A model generated the notes under the pieces. That model had not been told where the DNA came from, searched no databases, and worked only from the letters and a program-made list of their open reading frames with translations. Position numbers and translations under genes: made by a program. Below, piece by piece: positions 1 to 9,143 of a stretch of 64,000 bases of DNA. Source of the DNA: a bacterium (lineage in GTDB: Bacteria; Electryoneota; RPQS01); contig JABWCQ010000002.1 in the NCBI GenBank assembly GCA_013360195.1, positions 62,932 to 126,931 on the forward strand. The letters run 5' to 3'. Each line of letters begins with the position of its first letter. The first letter of the stretch is position 1.

Positions 1-12
1 GACGGAGACCCA

Positions 13-1341
13 ATGAACGATTTTGCTCCTGTTGAAGGGCGCAGAGTGAAACTGACAACACTTGGCTGCAAGCTGAACCAGTATGATACTGAGATGATAT
101 TGTCTCAGCTGCGTGCAGAAGGTTATCAAGAGACTGTGCGTGCTCAGGAAGCAGAACTGATTGTCATAAATACCTGTGCGGTGACAGAAACGGCAGAGAG
201 AAAGGGCCGCGCGGCAATCCGCGCGGCCTTTCGCTCAAACCCGAGAGCGAAGATAGTTGCGACAGGTTGTCAGGCGGAAAAATCTCCTCAGGCGTTGCTG
301 ACTCAAGGCGCTTCCATGGTGATAGGCAATCGTGAAAAGGAACGATTCTCGTCACTGATCGTTGGCACAGAGTCTGTCGTTGCTGGTGGAATTCGCGATG
401 GAGTAGACTGGCGGGATGGTACCATTGTCTCTGGATTGCGGGGAAGAGTTCGCGCTTTCTTGAAAGTTCAAGACGGCTGCTCGCAGTATTGCACATATTG
501 CATCGTTCCAAAATTGCGGGGATCTGGAAGAAGTTTGCCAGTTCGCGCTGCGGTCCGGCGAGCGGCCGAACTGGTAGACCAGGGTTTTCAGGAAATCGTG
601 CTGACGGGCGTTGCACTTGGTACTTACGGATTCGATTTCGGCCAAGAGGACGCTCTTTGTGGCCTCTTGCTCGAGTTATCAAAAGTACGGGGATTAGAAA
701 GGCTTCGATTAAGCAGTGTGGAGCCTTGGGCGGTGAGTAATCGATTCCTCGAAATTGTTGGTTTTTCGGAAGTGATATGCCCTCATCTTCATTTGCCTTT
801 TCAAAGTGGATCAAACGAAATCCTTCGCCGCATGAATAGACGCTATAGTGTCGATGACATTCGAAAATCGTTGGATTTCGCGTTTAGCTTAAGAGAGGAC
901 TGGGGAATTGGCGCCGACATAATCGTTGGTTTTCCAGGCGAGACATCCAGCCACTTCAACGAAACCCTATCTTTAGTAAAGGATACACGCATCGCATATT
1001 TGCATGTGTTTCCATTCAGTTCTCGACCGGGTACCCCTGCAACGAAGCTTGGTGCACCAGTGTCGTCAGATGAGATCATGGAACGTGCGAACGTACTAAG
1101 AGAACTTTCAAGGACATCGCGTACTGAATTTCACAATAGATTAGTTGGTACAGAAGTGGAAGTAATTCCCGAAAATCGTGGGAGTCAGAACTACGTTTTC
1201 GGGCATGCGCGGAACTATGCGGATGTTGCATTGCCAAGAGGCCTCGCCGAGACAGGCAAAATCGCAAGATTCATCGTAGAACGCGCGGACTCAGAGTTTG
1301 TGTATTGCAGGAAACACCCAAAGAACTATGAAGCTGCCTAA
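13..1341 (+). CDS. mtaB: tRNA methylthiotransferase, MiaB/MtaB family (radical SAM + TRAM)
   Basis: N-terminal MTTase domain 'KLTTLGCKLNQYDTEMI...VINTCAVTE', radical-SAM CxxxCxxC 'CSQYCTYCIVP', C-terminal TRAM-like region; closely resembles the B. subtilis YqeV/MtaB N-terminus. Confidence 0.75.
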   Translation: MNDFAPVEGRRVKLTTLGCKLNQYDTEMILSQLRAEGYQETVRAQEAELIVINTCAVTETAERKGRAAIRAAFRSNPRAKIVATGCQAEKSPQALLTQGASMVIGNREKERFSSLIVGTESVVAGGIRDGVDWRDGTIVSGLRGRVRAFLKVQDGCSQYCTYCIVPKLRGSGRSLPVRAAVRRAAELVDQGFQEIVLTGVALGTYGFDFGQEDALCGLLLELSKVRGLERLRLSSVEPWAVSNRFLEIVGFSEVICPHLHLPFQSGSNEILRRMNRRYSVDDIRKSLDFAFSLREDWGIGADIIVGFPGETSSHFNETLSLVKDTRIAYLHVFPFSSRPGTPATKLGAPVSSDEIMERANVLRELSRTSRTEFHNRLVGTEVEVIPENRGSQNYVFGHARNYADVALPRGLAETGKIARFIVERADSEFVYCRKHPKNYEAA

Positions 1342-2494
1342 TGTAAACCGGGATCGGATGGTCGATCTCTTCTGTAAATTGGTATCGATTGACAGTCCGT
1401 CGAAGCAGGAAGCCAAGGTCGCGGACTTCATTGAAGACTACTTATCGCCGCTTGGACTCAAGATGTGGCGGGACGACGCTGGAATAAAGATTGGCGGGAA
1501 TTGCGGTAATCTGCATGTGAGGGTACCGGCACGGGGCTCAAAGGCTCCTGCCGTCCTTTTCTCATCGCATATGGACACAGTAATGCCTGGCCTCGGCATC
1601 AAGCCGAGAATAGATGGAGACTTCATTAGGTCGGACGGGACAACAGTCCTCGGGGCTGACGACAAAGCGGGAGTCACGGCGATCCTGGAAATGCTAAAGT
1701 GTGTGCATGAAAGTGACATGCCGCACGGCCCGATTGAGGTAATTTTCGATGTTGCCGAGGAGATTGGCCTGATGGGTGCGTTTGAAGTGGACCTCGCCCA
1801 AGTGCAGGCCAAATACGCGATTGTCCTTGACGGTGAGGACATGGATCAGATAATCTACAAATCTCCAAGTGCGAATCGAATGCTTTACGAGATTGAAGGA
1901 ATTGCGGCACATGCGGGAATGTGTCCTGAACGCGGCATATCGGCAATTGAGGTGTTTGCCGAGGCAGTGTCTAATATGAAGCTTGGCAGATTGGATGACG
2001 AAACCACGGCGAATATCGGAACAGTAGAAGCGGGGCGTGCAACGAACATCGTCTGTGATCGTCTGGTCTCGCGGGCGGAAGTCCGCAGCCATTCAATTCA
2101 GAAGCTCGAAGCCCAGACCCAGGCGATGACCGCCGCGATCCAGAATGCGATAGCGAAATATGAACGTGTAATTGATGGTCAATCACGCAAAGCTAACTTA
2201 AAGGAAACGATAAAGCGTGAATTCACAGCAATGGACATTCCACACAATTCATTGCCTTACCGCGTAGTGTTTGAAGCTGGAACATTTGTCGGCTTGCAAA
2301 TGAAACCGGCGGCAATTGGTGGCGGAACAAACGCAAATGTCTATAATGCAAAGGGACTCCCTGCAGTCGTAATAGGTTGCGGAATGCGACAGGAACACAC
2401 GACTAATGAGCATCTTGCAATTAACGACCTCGAGTTGGCTGCCCGCCTCTGCTTAGCGATTCTATTCAAGAATCACGAGGCATCTGTTGCCTGA
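1298..2494 (+). CDS. M20-family metallopeptidase, peptidase T-like
   Basis: Motifs 'FSSHMDTV', 'GADDKAGVTAILEMLK', 'DVAEEIGLMGA' typical of M20B/PepT; the true start is probably the downstream M (MKLPNV, ~1328) because the ORF overlaps mtaB by 44 nt. Confidence 0.7.
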   Translation: MCIAGNTQRTMKLPNVNRDRMVDLFCKLVSIDSPSKQEAKVADFIEDYLSPLGLKMWRDDAGIKIGGNCGNLHVRVPARGSKAPAVLFSSHMDTVMPGLGIKPRIDGDFIRSDGTTVLGADDKAGVTAILEMLKCVHESDMPHGPIEVIFDVAEEIGLMGAFEVDLAQVQAKYAIVLDGEDMDQIIYKSPSANRMLYEIEGIAAHAGMCPERGISAIEVFAEAVSNMKLGRLDDETTANIGTVEAGRATNIVCDRLVSRAEVRSHSIQKLEAQTQAMTAAIQNAIAKYERVIDGQSRKANLKETIKREFTAMDIPHNSLPYRVVFEAGTFVGLQMKPAAIGGGTNANVYNAKGLPAVVIGCGMRQEHTTNEHLAINDLELAARLCLAILFKNHEASVA

Positions 2495-2605
2495 CGTCTG
2501 TCCTATGCAGTTTCTAAATCGGAGCGACTGCGCTTCAATGTCCTCTGCTGGTTGTCAGGCAGAGGACTTTCATATAGTTCTTAAAGATCTGGAGATATTC
2601 TACTG

Positions 2606-4087
2606 ATGAAGACGCATTTCCCGCGAATTCTAGGCATAGGCCTGACATACGATGATGTATTGCTTATACCGGCGGCATCAAACATGTTGCCGTCAGAAGT
2701 GTCGATTTCGAGCAGGTTGACGACCGGTATTAACCTGAACATTCCTCTAGTATCTGCTGCCATGGACACAGTATCCGAGGCCGAACTTTGCATCGCGCTT
2801 GCAAGGCAGGGGGGAATCGGTGTAATCCACAAGAATATGACTGCCGAAGAACAGGCTGCCGAAGTTGACAGAGTTAAACGAAGTGAATCTGCAGTAATTT
2901 ATGAACCATATACGTTGCCTCCGACTGCCAAATTGGCTGATGCATTACGATTGAAACGTTCAAAAGGTGTCAGCGGTATCCCAATTATCGACGAAAACGG
3001 ACAGTTGGTGGGTATAGTAACGGACCGGGATGTTCGATTCGAAAGAGATTTGGAAACACCCGTTACATCTTTAATGACACCGCGAGAGAAACTTGTGACG
3101 GCGCCAATTGACACGGAGCTGAGCGAGGCCGAGCAGATCCTGCAAAAGCACCGGATTGAGAAGCTACTATTGGTGAACGAAAGAGGGGAGCTTGCAGGAC
3201 TGGTAACGGTGAAAGACATACAGAAACGAACCCAGTTCCCAAATGCATGTAAAGATAAAGAGGGAAGATTGAGAGTTGCGGCAGCGGTCGGGATAGGTCT
3301 CGATGCAGCTCATCGAGCAGAGTTGCTTGTCAACGCCGATGTGGACGCACTGGTCGTTGACTCTGCCCACGGTCATTCGGCAAATGTGCTCAAAGCTGTA
3401 GAGTCCTTGAAGAACAAATACCCGGATGTCGATATCATCGCAGGAAACGTGGTTACGGCAGAAGGCGCTTTGGCGCTGGCATCGTCAGGAGCAAATGCAG
3501 TAAAAGTAGGGGTGGGTCCGGGTTCCATTTGCACAACACGCGTCGTCGCTGGCGTTGGAGTGCCTCAAATCACAGCAGTCATGTGGGTAGTGGAGGCACT
3601 GGAAAAGCACGGAGTACCAGTGATTGCAGATGGTGGCATAAGGTACTCAGGCGATATCGCCAAGGCAATTGCGGCAGGTGCTTCATCTGTCATGATTGGA
3701 AGCTTGTTTGCGGGAACTGAAGAAGCGCCAGGTGAAACCGTATTAGTTGACGGTCGCAGCTATAAGCTCTTCCGAGGAATGGGGTCCATAGGAGCCATGA
3801 AAAAAGGATCGGCGGACCGGTATTTCCAGTCCGCCGTTGAAGCAAGCGGTAAATTTGTCCCTGAAGGAATTGAGGGTAAAGTTCCGTATAAAGGTAAGTT
3901 ATCAGATACTGTCTTCCAACTTACCGGAGGGCTTAGAGCTTCTATGGGCTATTGCGGTGCTTCAAACATACGTGAAATGCAAACAAAGACACGATTTGTT
4001 GAGGCCACTGCCGCTGGTTACACCGAAAGCCACCCGCATGATGTCTCGATTGTCCAGGAAGCACCTAACTACTCGCGACCCAAATAG
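2606..4087 (+). CDS. guaB: IMP dehydrogenase
   Basis: '[10 protein letters not shown]' N-terminus, tandem CBS region, catalytic-loop '[11 protein letters not shown]', '[12 protein letters not shown]', '[11 protein letters not shown]'. Confidence 0.95.
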   Translation: MKTHFPRILGIGLTYDDVLLIPAASNMLPSEVSISSRLTTGINLNIPLVSAAMDTVSEAELCIALARQGGIGVIHKNMTAEEQAAEVDRVKRSESAVIYEPYTLPPTAKLADALRLKRSKGVSGIPIIDENGQLVGIVTDRDVRFERDLETPVTSLMTPREKLVTAPIDTELSEAEQILQKHRIEKLLLVNERGELAGLVTVKDIQKRTQFPNACKDKEGRLRVAAAVGIGLDAAHRAELLVNADVDALVVDSAHGHSANVLKAVESLKNKYPDVDIIAGNVVTAEGALALASSGANAVKVGVGPGSICTTRVVAGVGVPQITAVMWVVEALEKHGVPVIADGGIRYSGDIAKAIAAGASSVMIGSLFAGTEEAPGETVLVDGRSYKLFRGMGSIGAMKKGSADRYFQSAVEASGKFVPEGIEGKVPYKGKLSDTVFQLTGGLRASMGYCGASNIREMQTKTRFVEATAAGYTESHPHDVSIVQEAPNYSRPK

Positions 4088-4107
4088 CGTTACCAATTGG
4101 ACAAAAA

Positions 4108-4164
4108 AGAGCCGGTGAAATTGCTGTGGCCGGAGGGGGACGATGGCCACGAGCTCACCGGCTC
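4108..4164. terminator. convergent hairpin between guaB(+) and rpsT(-)
   Basis: Inverted repeat GAGCCGGTGA ... TCACCGGCTC enclosing an inner TGGCC..GGCCA palindrome, placed between two convergent stop codons. Confidence 0.35.
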
Positions 4165-4182
4165 GGCGGGGGAACTTAAAAT

Positions 4183-4440
4183 CTAAGAATTCAAGGAGTT
4201 GGCATGTCTTGCCAAGCGTGCCTTTCGACGTGCTGCGGTCCTTGGATGTAAAATCCCTTTTGAAGCCATTCTGTCAAGAGTAGTATACGCAGAACTGAGC
4301 TTGTCAATAACCTGGGTTGCATCGGTTTGTTGCGTCACACGCTTTTCCGCAGTTCGGCACCGCGCACGATCCCGGCGATTCCTCTCCCGGGCTTTTGCGG
4401 CAGTTTTCATCCGCTTTTCACAAGATTTATGTTGTGGCAT
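4183..4440 (-). CDS. rpsT: 30S ribosomal protein S20
   Basis: 85 aa, highly basic, 'MPQHKSCEKRMKTAAKARERNRRDRA...' matches the S20 'AN.KSA.KR...E.RR..N' pattern; the only minus-strand gene in the first 58 kb. Confidence 0.8.
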   Translation of the reverse strand: MPQHKSCEKRMKTAAKARERNRRDRARCRTAEKRVTQQTDATQVIDKLSSAYTTLDRMASKGILHPRTAARRKARLARHANSLNS

Positions 4441-4522
4441 TCTGTGGGAAAAAACCTTATCTTCTTGAAATTGTTACGACAAACGATCCAGCTCCCTGAT
4501 ACTGTGATAAGGGTCGCAGGAA

Positions 4523-5311
4523 GTGACGCAATATAAACAAGACTCAAATCAAAGTCAAGTGAATAATTTCACGCTTCCGTTGCAGGTAGCGGATATCCTC
4601 AAGGAAACCCATCGCATTACGGTACTTACCGGTGCCGGCATATCTGCGGAGTCGGGCTTGGAAACGTTTCGAGGCAAATCCGGCATCTGGAACCAAATGA
4701 AGCCTGAAGAACTTGCGAGTATGGACGGCTTCATGGCAAACCCAGGACTGGTTTGGGAGTGGTATAGATATAGAAGGACAATCCTGGCGACCGCACAACC
4801 GAATCCAGCTCATCATGCCTTAGCTGAATGGTCAAAACTGTGCAAAGACTTTACTCTTGTAACCCAGAACGTCGATGGTTTACACCAAGTTGCAGGCCAA
4901 AGAGCTGTTTTGGAACTACACGGGAACATCAGACTCAATCGATGTCTCAGATGCGGCAAAGAAGAGGATGCGGAATTGCTTGCTTCGCATGATGGAATTC
5001 CTTATTGTCAATGCGGTGGTCAGTTGCGTCCCAGCGTAGTTTGGTTCGGCGAAGAACTTCCCAGAAAAGTGCTTGACGAAGCGATACGAGCATCAGACTC
5101 GTGCCAGCTGTTTCTTGTAATCGGAACTTCGGCGGAAGTCTATCCAGCCGCACATTTGCCCGAGATTGCCAGAGAACACGGAGCAGCAACTCTGGAAATA
5201 AACGTGGAGCAAACCCGTTTCAGTTCACAAGCAACGGTTTCAATACTCGGCCTAGCGTCCCAGGCAGTGCCAGCAGTCCTTCAAACTTGGAAATCACTGA
5301 ATCTTCAATAG
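4523..5311 (+). CDS. cobB: NAD-dependent protein deacylase (sirtuin, CobB family)
   Basis: Rossmann '[18 protein letters not shown]', 'QNVDGLH', Zn ribbon 'CLRCGKE...CQCGG', 'VVWFGE'. Confidence 0.85.
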   Translation: MTQYKQDSNQSQVNNFTLPLQVADILKETHRITVLTGAGISAESGLETFRGKSGIWNQMKPEELASMDGFMANPGLVWEWYRYRRTILATAQPNPAHHALAEWSKLCKDFTLVTQNVDGLHQVAGQRAVLELHGNIRLNRCLRCGKEEDAELLASHDGIPYCQCGGQLRPSVVWFGEELPRKVLDEAIRASDSCQLFLVIGTSAEVYPAAHLPEIAREHGAATLEINVEQTRFSSQATVSILGLASQAVPAVLQTWKSLNLQ

Positions 5312-5318
5312 CCCAAAG

Positions 5319-7595
5319 ATGATAGCAAGAAAGCTCGCGTCCATAGCGATTTGGAGCGCCTTATTGGCCGTATTCGTCCATGGTGGATGTGCGTACTATA
5401 ACACGTTTTACAACATCAAGAAGGACTTTAAGGCCGCGGAAAGGCAGCAACAGAAAGTACTCGCAACTGGCGAAGCAACAATGCCGCCACGCCCCGGGCA
5501 GCCCAATCAGAGTTCTTCATCGGCGCAAGTATACCAGAATATCTTGCAGTCTTGCGCAAAGCTGCTTGAATACTATCCGAACAGCCGGTGGATAGATGAT
5601 GCTTTAATGATCATGGGGATTTGTTACTACAGATCTGACGAGTTCGCGCGCGCCGAACGGAAATTCACTGAACTGCTTACGATTTTTCCAACCAGTAAGC
5701 ACACTGAAGACGCGCTTGTTTGGAAAGCCAGGTCTCTTTTTGCGCAGGAACAACTGGACGTTGCAGAAGAATTTCTTTCGACCGCAGAAGTCAAACTGAA
5801 GTCTCCGGACGCTATTGCAGCAACTTATAGAATACGAGCTCGCATTAGCGAAAAACGAGAGCGTCCAGAAGAAGCTATCTCCTTTTTGGAACGAATTCGT
5901 GACATTTCATATGACCGAAGCGACAAGGCAAGCGACTTCCTTTCTCTTGGCAAATCCTATGAAAAATTGTCACGAAATTCTGAAGCAAAATCCGCGCTTC
6001 TGCGATGTCTGGATCTTACCAGGGATCCGAGCGAAGTCTTTGAAGCAAGGCGACTATTAGCGCAGATGGAGTCGCAGGAGGGGAACTATCAGAAGGCGCG
6101 TGCACTATTGAGACCTCTTCAAACAGATCGAAGGTTTCTCGAACGGGCGGGAGATGTCCAAGTAGAATTAGCAAGAGTTGAAGCAGTTAGCGGTTCCCCG
6201 GATTTATGTATCCAGATGCTGGAGCTTTATTGTTCCACTGCTCCGCAAGGAGAGTCAAAAGCAAGAGCCTATTACCTTCAAGGCGAAGTCGCGCGGGACA
6301 GACTAGGTCACTATGAAATCGCACAAGCGAAATTTGACAGCGTGGCAGGGGCGGGTGCTTCACGGTCATTGCAGGATTCAGCGCGGATCATGTCAAGACA
6401 GCTTCAACAAGGACTAACCGCTCTTTCTGTAATCCCCGAGCTTGAGAATAATCTGAGATCGTTGCTTCAAGAACCGCAAGAAGCTAAAACCTCCGATTCT
6501 GCAGAGGCACGTGACTCGAATGCGAGCGCCGGTCTAAACGAGACCAAAACTTCCGATACCGAAGTATTGAATCGGGGAGCCGAGCAAGTATCGACAGCCG
6601 ATACGATGGTCAGCATTTCAAGTGCAGACACGAATTCTCAAAGTCGTGAGGTAACAACAAACGATTCCACGGACTCACTCCGCCCGGACACCGAGTTCAT
6701 ACCCGAATCAAGGATCGACTCGAACTTGAGTCCAGCCGAGCTGGTAACGGATTCAATCATGAGAGCCTTGTCACAAAACGACTCGCTGCGGAGGAGTTTG
6801 ACAGAGGAAATAAAGGACGACTCCGTCCCGAAAGCCGAGCAGGAGAAAGCAGATTCGAATGACACTAATGTTTTGAGGGAAAGAATTGCGTCAATCAGTG
6901 TCCAACTCGTGGCCGCACATCTTGACGCTGCTTCTTTCTACGAATTGGTTGTGAACCAGCCTGACAGTGCACTTGAGCATACAAAAAGAGCGGTTGCAGT
7001 TCCCGATTCATCTTACGAACATTGGCGCGCAAGCATGCAACTTGGACTTGAACTTGAGAGGCGAGATCCGAGTGATCAAGGCGCGCTTGTTCAGTTTCAG
7101 CGGATTGCTGCCGCCGAAGCTGCGCCAACATCAATTAGAAACGCAGCAAGGGCAAGACTAGGCCTTCCTGAATTAGCGGTTGAAAAGAGTGATCAGGAAC
7201 TCGCTTTGGAATTGGCAGAAAAGAAGTTTTTGACCGATTCAGTCGACTCGAACGAGCTTCTCATGTTGTACAGGGCGGCGCTAGCATATGATTCAACAAG
7301 CGCATCAGGGATCAAATCACTTCAGGCAATCGCCTACATCCAGGAGTACCTTCAAGCTGAGTATGATTCAGCTCTGCACACGCATCTAGCAATCGGGCGG
7401 TTGTTCCCCGATTCGACTTTCTCCGAAGTTTCAATTCTGAAAGCACAGGAACCGGATTCGAATTCGATTTTCATGATGACCGATGAGGACTTGCAGGCGA
7501 CTCTCGCACCGGTAATTGATGTCTTGAGTACTTCATCAGATTCGACTGGTTGGCCACCAGAGGAGTCATCACTTCGTGGCCGGCGATTCCATTGA
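5319..7595 (+). CDS. TPR-repeat lipoprotein with a long Ser/Asp/Thr/Glu-rich low-complexity linker
   Basis: Lipobox-like N-terminus 'LLAVFVHGGCAYY'; TPR-like helices at residues ~80-330 and ~560-700; acidic S/T/D-rich disordered segment at residues ~380-520. Confidence 0.5.
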   Translation: MIARKLASIAIWSALLAVFVHGGCAYYNTFYNIKKDFKAAERQQQKVLATGEATMPPRPGQPNQSSSSAQVYQNILQSCAKLLEYYPNSRWIDDALMIMGICYYRSDEFARAERKFTELLTIFPTSKHTEDALVWKARSLFAQEQLDVAEEFLSTAEVKLKSPDAIAATYRIRARISEKRERPEEAISFLERIRDISYDRSDKASDFLSLGKSYEKLSRNSEAKSALLRCLDLTRDPSEVFEARRLLAQMESQEGNYQKARALLRPLQTDRRFLERAGDVQVELARVEAVSGSPDLCIQMLELYCSTAPQGESKARAYYLQGEVARDRLGHYEIAQAKFDSVAGAGASRSLQDSARIMSRQLQQGLTALSVIPELENNLRSLLQEPQEAKTSDSAEARDSNASAGLNETKTSDTEVLNRGAEQVSTADTMVSISSADTNSQSREVTTNDSTDSLRPDTEFIPESRIDSNLSPAELVTDSIMRALSQNDSLRRSLTEEIKDDSVPKAEQEKADSNDTNVLRERIASISVQLVAAHLDAASFYELVVNQPDSALEHTKRAVAVPDSSYEHWRASMQLGLELERRDPSDQGALVQFQRIAAAEAAPTSIRNAARARLGLPELAVEKSDQELALELAEKKFLTDSVDSNELLMLYRAALAYDSTSASGIKSLQAIAYIQEYLQAEYDSALHTHLAIGRLFPDSTFSEVSILKAQEPDSNSIFMMTDEDLQATLAPVIDVLSTSSDSTGWPPEESSLRGRRFH

Positions 7596-8407
7596 TGTCC
7601 AATCTAGCCATTCGCATTGCTGCAACCATTGTTGGAATTCCAATTCTACTGACCGCGGCGATGGTCGGAGGGAGTTGGCTAATCCTGTTGATTGTAATGA
7701 TTCAGCTGGCCATCTTGCTTGAATGGCGTAAGTTTGCACATGCTGCTGGTGTTCCTCTTTGGTCACCGGCCGTGGGAATAGCCGTCGCAGGATTGGATTT
7801 GTTTGTTTTCGGGACGCACAGCAATTTGATGAATGGTGAATCTATTGCTGCTATCTACTTTTGGGTACTGTTGGTAGTTTTCAGCCGCTCAAGAAAGCCG
7901 TTGCTTCAATTGGGATATGGCGCACTGTTTCTTGTGTACGTGGCTTTGCCATTGTCGCTTTGGTTCAGTATCACCCAAAGTGGAAATGATGAACGATTTG
8001 GACGGATTGGTGCACTAGGTGTTTTATTTTTGTCGACATGGCTCTGTGATTCCGCTGCATATTTTGGAGGCCGGACATTCGGCAGAACAAAACTCTACCC
8101 GATGGCAAGTCCCAACAAGACCGTAGAAGGAGCGGTATCAGGATTTCTGGGAAGCTCAACTTTATTACCGGTAATGTCGTCTGTTGGCGCCGCAATACCA
8201 AACACTTCAGATTTCGTTGCAATCCCAATAATAACCGGCATTGCAGGTCAAATCGGCGATCTTATTGAATCGCTAATGAAGCGTGAAGCGGGAATGAAAG
8301 ATAGCTCGAGGATGATTCCCGGACATGGTGGATTTCTGGACCGATTCGATTCACTTCTGCTTTCCTCGCCTCTTTTTCTTGCCTACCTATATTTTACAAC
8401 AACGTAG
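7595..8407 (+). CDS. cdsA: phosphatidate cytidylyltransferase
   Basis: Polytopic membrane protein with the CTP-transferase signature 'GRTFGRTKLYPMASPNKTVEGAVSGF...GDLIESLMKREAGMKDSS..IPGHGGFLDRFDS'; start chosen at ATG 7595, overlapping the upstream TGA (ATGA). Confidence 0.85.
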   Translation: MSNLAIRIAATIVGIPILLTAAMVGGSWLILLIVMIQLAILLEWRKFAHAAGVPLWSPAVGIAVAGLDLFVFGTHSNLMNGESIAAIYFWVLLVVFSRSRKPLLQLGYGALFLVYVALPLSLWFSITQSGNDERFGRIGALGVLFLSTWLCDSAAYFGGRTFGRTKLYPMASPNKTVEGAVSGFLGSSTLLPVMSSVGAAIPNTSDFVAIPIITGIAGQIGDLIESLMKREAGMKDSSRMIPGHGGFLDRFDSLLLSSPLFLAYLYFTTT

Positions 8408-8421
8408 CAAAGTTATAAAAG

Positions 8422-9138
8422 TTGATGCGGATTAGAACCGAAACCAGTCAAGCTTCGCCCGAGGTCGTGAGAATGTTCGATCGCATATCGAGTTCATACG
8501 ACCGTCTAAATAGGTTCTTCTCGATGGGGATCGACGTAGTATGGCGCAGTCATGCTGTCAAAGACTTGAAGTTGACTCCAGGAATGTCAATCCTTGATTG
8601 CAGTGCAGGTACCGGTGACATGTCATTGGAAGCGCATCGGCAATGCAGCGATATCCATACAATTCTATATGATCCCGCAGAAAGCATGCTTCAGATTGCA
8701 GGCCAAAAGGCAAGCAGGCGCGGCATACGCAGCTTTGAGTTGAAGTGCGGTGCTGCAGAGCAAATCGACTATCCGGACTGCTACTTTGACCGTTTCATGG
8801 TTGCATTTGGCATTCGCAATTTCCAGCATCTTGAAAAAGGATTAGGTGAACTTCATCGTGTTCTGAAACCAGGGGGTAGCGGAGTGATTTTGGAGTTTAC
8901 GCCTGATAGATCCAAGATTATAGACTTCCTGTTCAAGTGGTATATGTGGTGGGTCATGAGACCGATCGGAGGTGCCGTATCAAGAGACAAGGACGCCTAC
9001 CGATACCTTGCCGAGACCATTCAGAAGTTTCCAAGTTCGGAAAAACTTGTGGACATGTATCGAAGCGTCGGCTTTAGCCATGTTGAGGCAAAGCGATTAT
9101 CTCTCGGAATCGCTACCAGGTTTCTCTTGACTAAATAG
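8422..9138 (+). CDS. ubiE: demethylmenaquinone/ubiquinone C-methyltransferase
   Basis: 'MFDRISSSYDRLNRFFSMGIDVVWR', SAM motif 'ILDCSAGTGD', 'FGIRNF', 'LKPGG'. Confidence 0.85.
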   Translation: MMRIRTETSQASPEVVRMFDRISSSYDRLNRFFSMGIDVVWRSHAVKDLKLTPGMSILDCSAGTGDMSLEAHRQCSDIHTILYDPAESMLQIAGQKASRRGIRSFELKCGAAEQIDYPDCYFDRFMVAFGIRNFQHLEKGLGELHRVLKPGGSGVILEFTPDRSKIIDFLFKWYMWWVMRPIGGAVSRDKDAYRYLAETIQKFPSSEKLVDMYRSVGFSHVEAKRLSLGIATRFLLTK

Positions 9139-9143
9139 AGCGA

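Noticed and set aside
164-814. 216-aa minus-strand ORF (and several other 60-200-aa antisense ORFs, e.g. 1438-1842, 1694-2092, 17671-18117, 18203-18661, 31708-32217, 55324-55935)
   Set aside because: Each lies entirely inside a strongly supported sense-strand gene (mtaB, pepT, sucC/sucD, smc, PGA-locus gene). They have low-complexity or Arg/Ser-rich composition typical of shadow frames, and no recognisable motifs.
2495-2605. Possible purine riboswitch or terminator upstream of guaB (hairpin CCTCTGC...GCAGAGG)
   Set aside because: The hairpin is not followed by a U-tract, and I see no purine-riboswitch conserved junction sequence; most likely an ordinary intergenic stem.
6460-6880. Possible tandem DNA repeat, CRISPR or variable-number repeat in the TPR gene
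   Set aside because: The repeats are short, imperfect and in-frame within a coding low-complexity region; no regular repeat-spacer periodicity, so not a CRISPR array.
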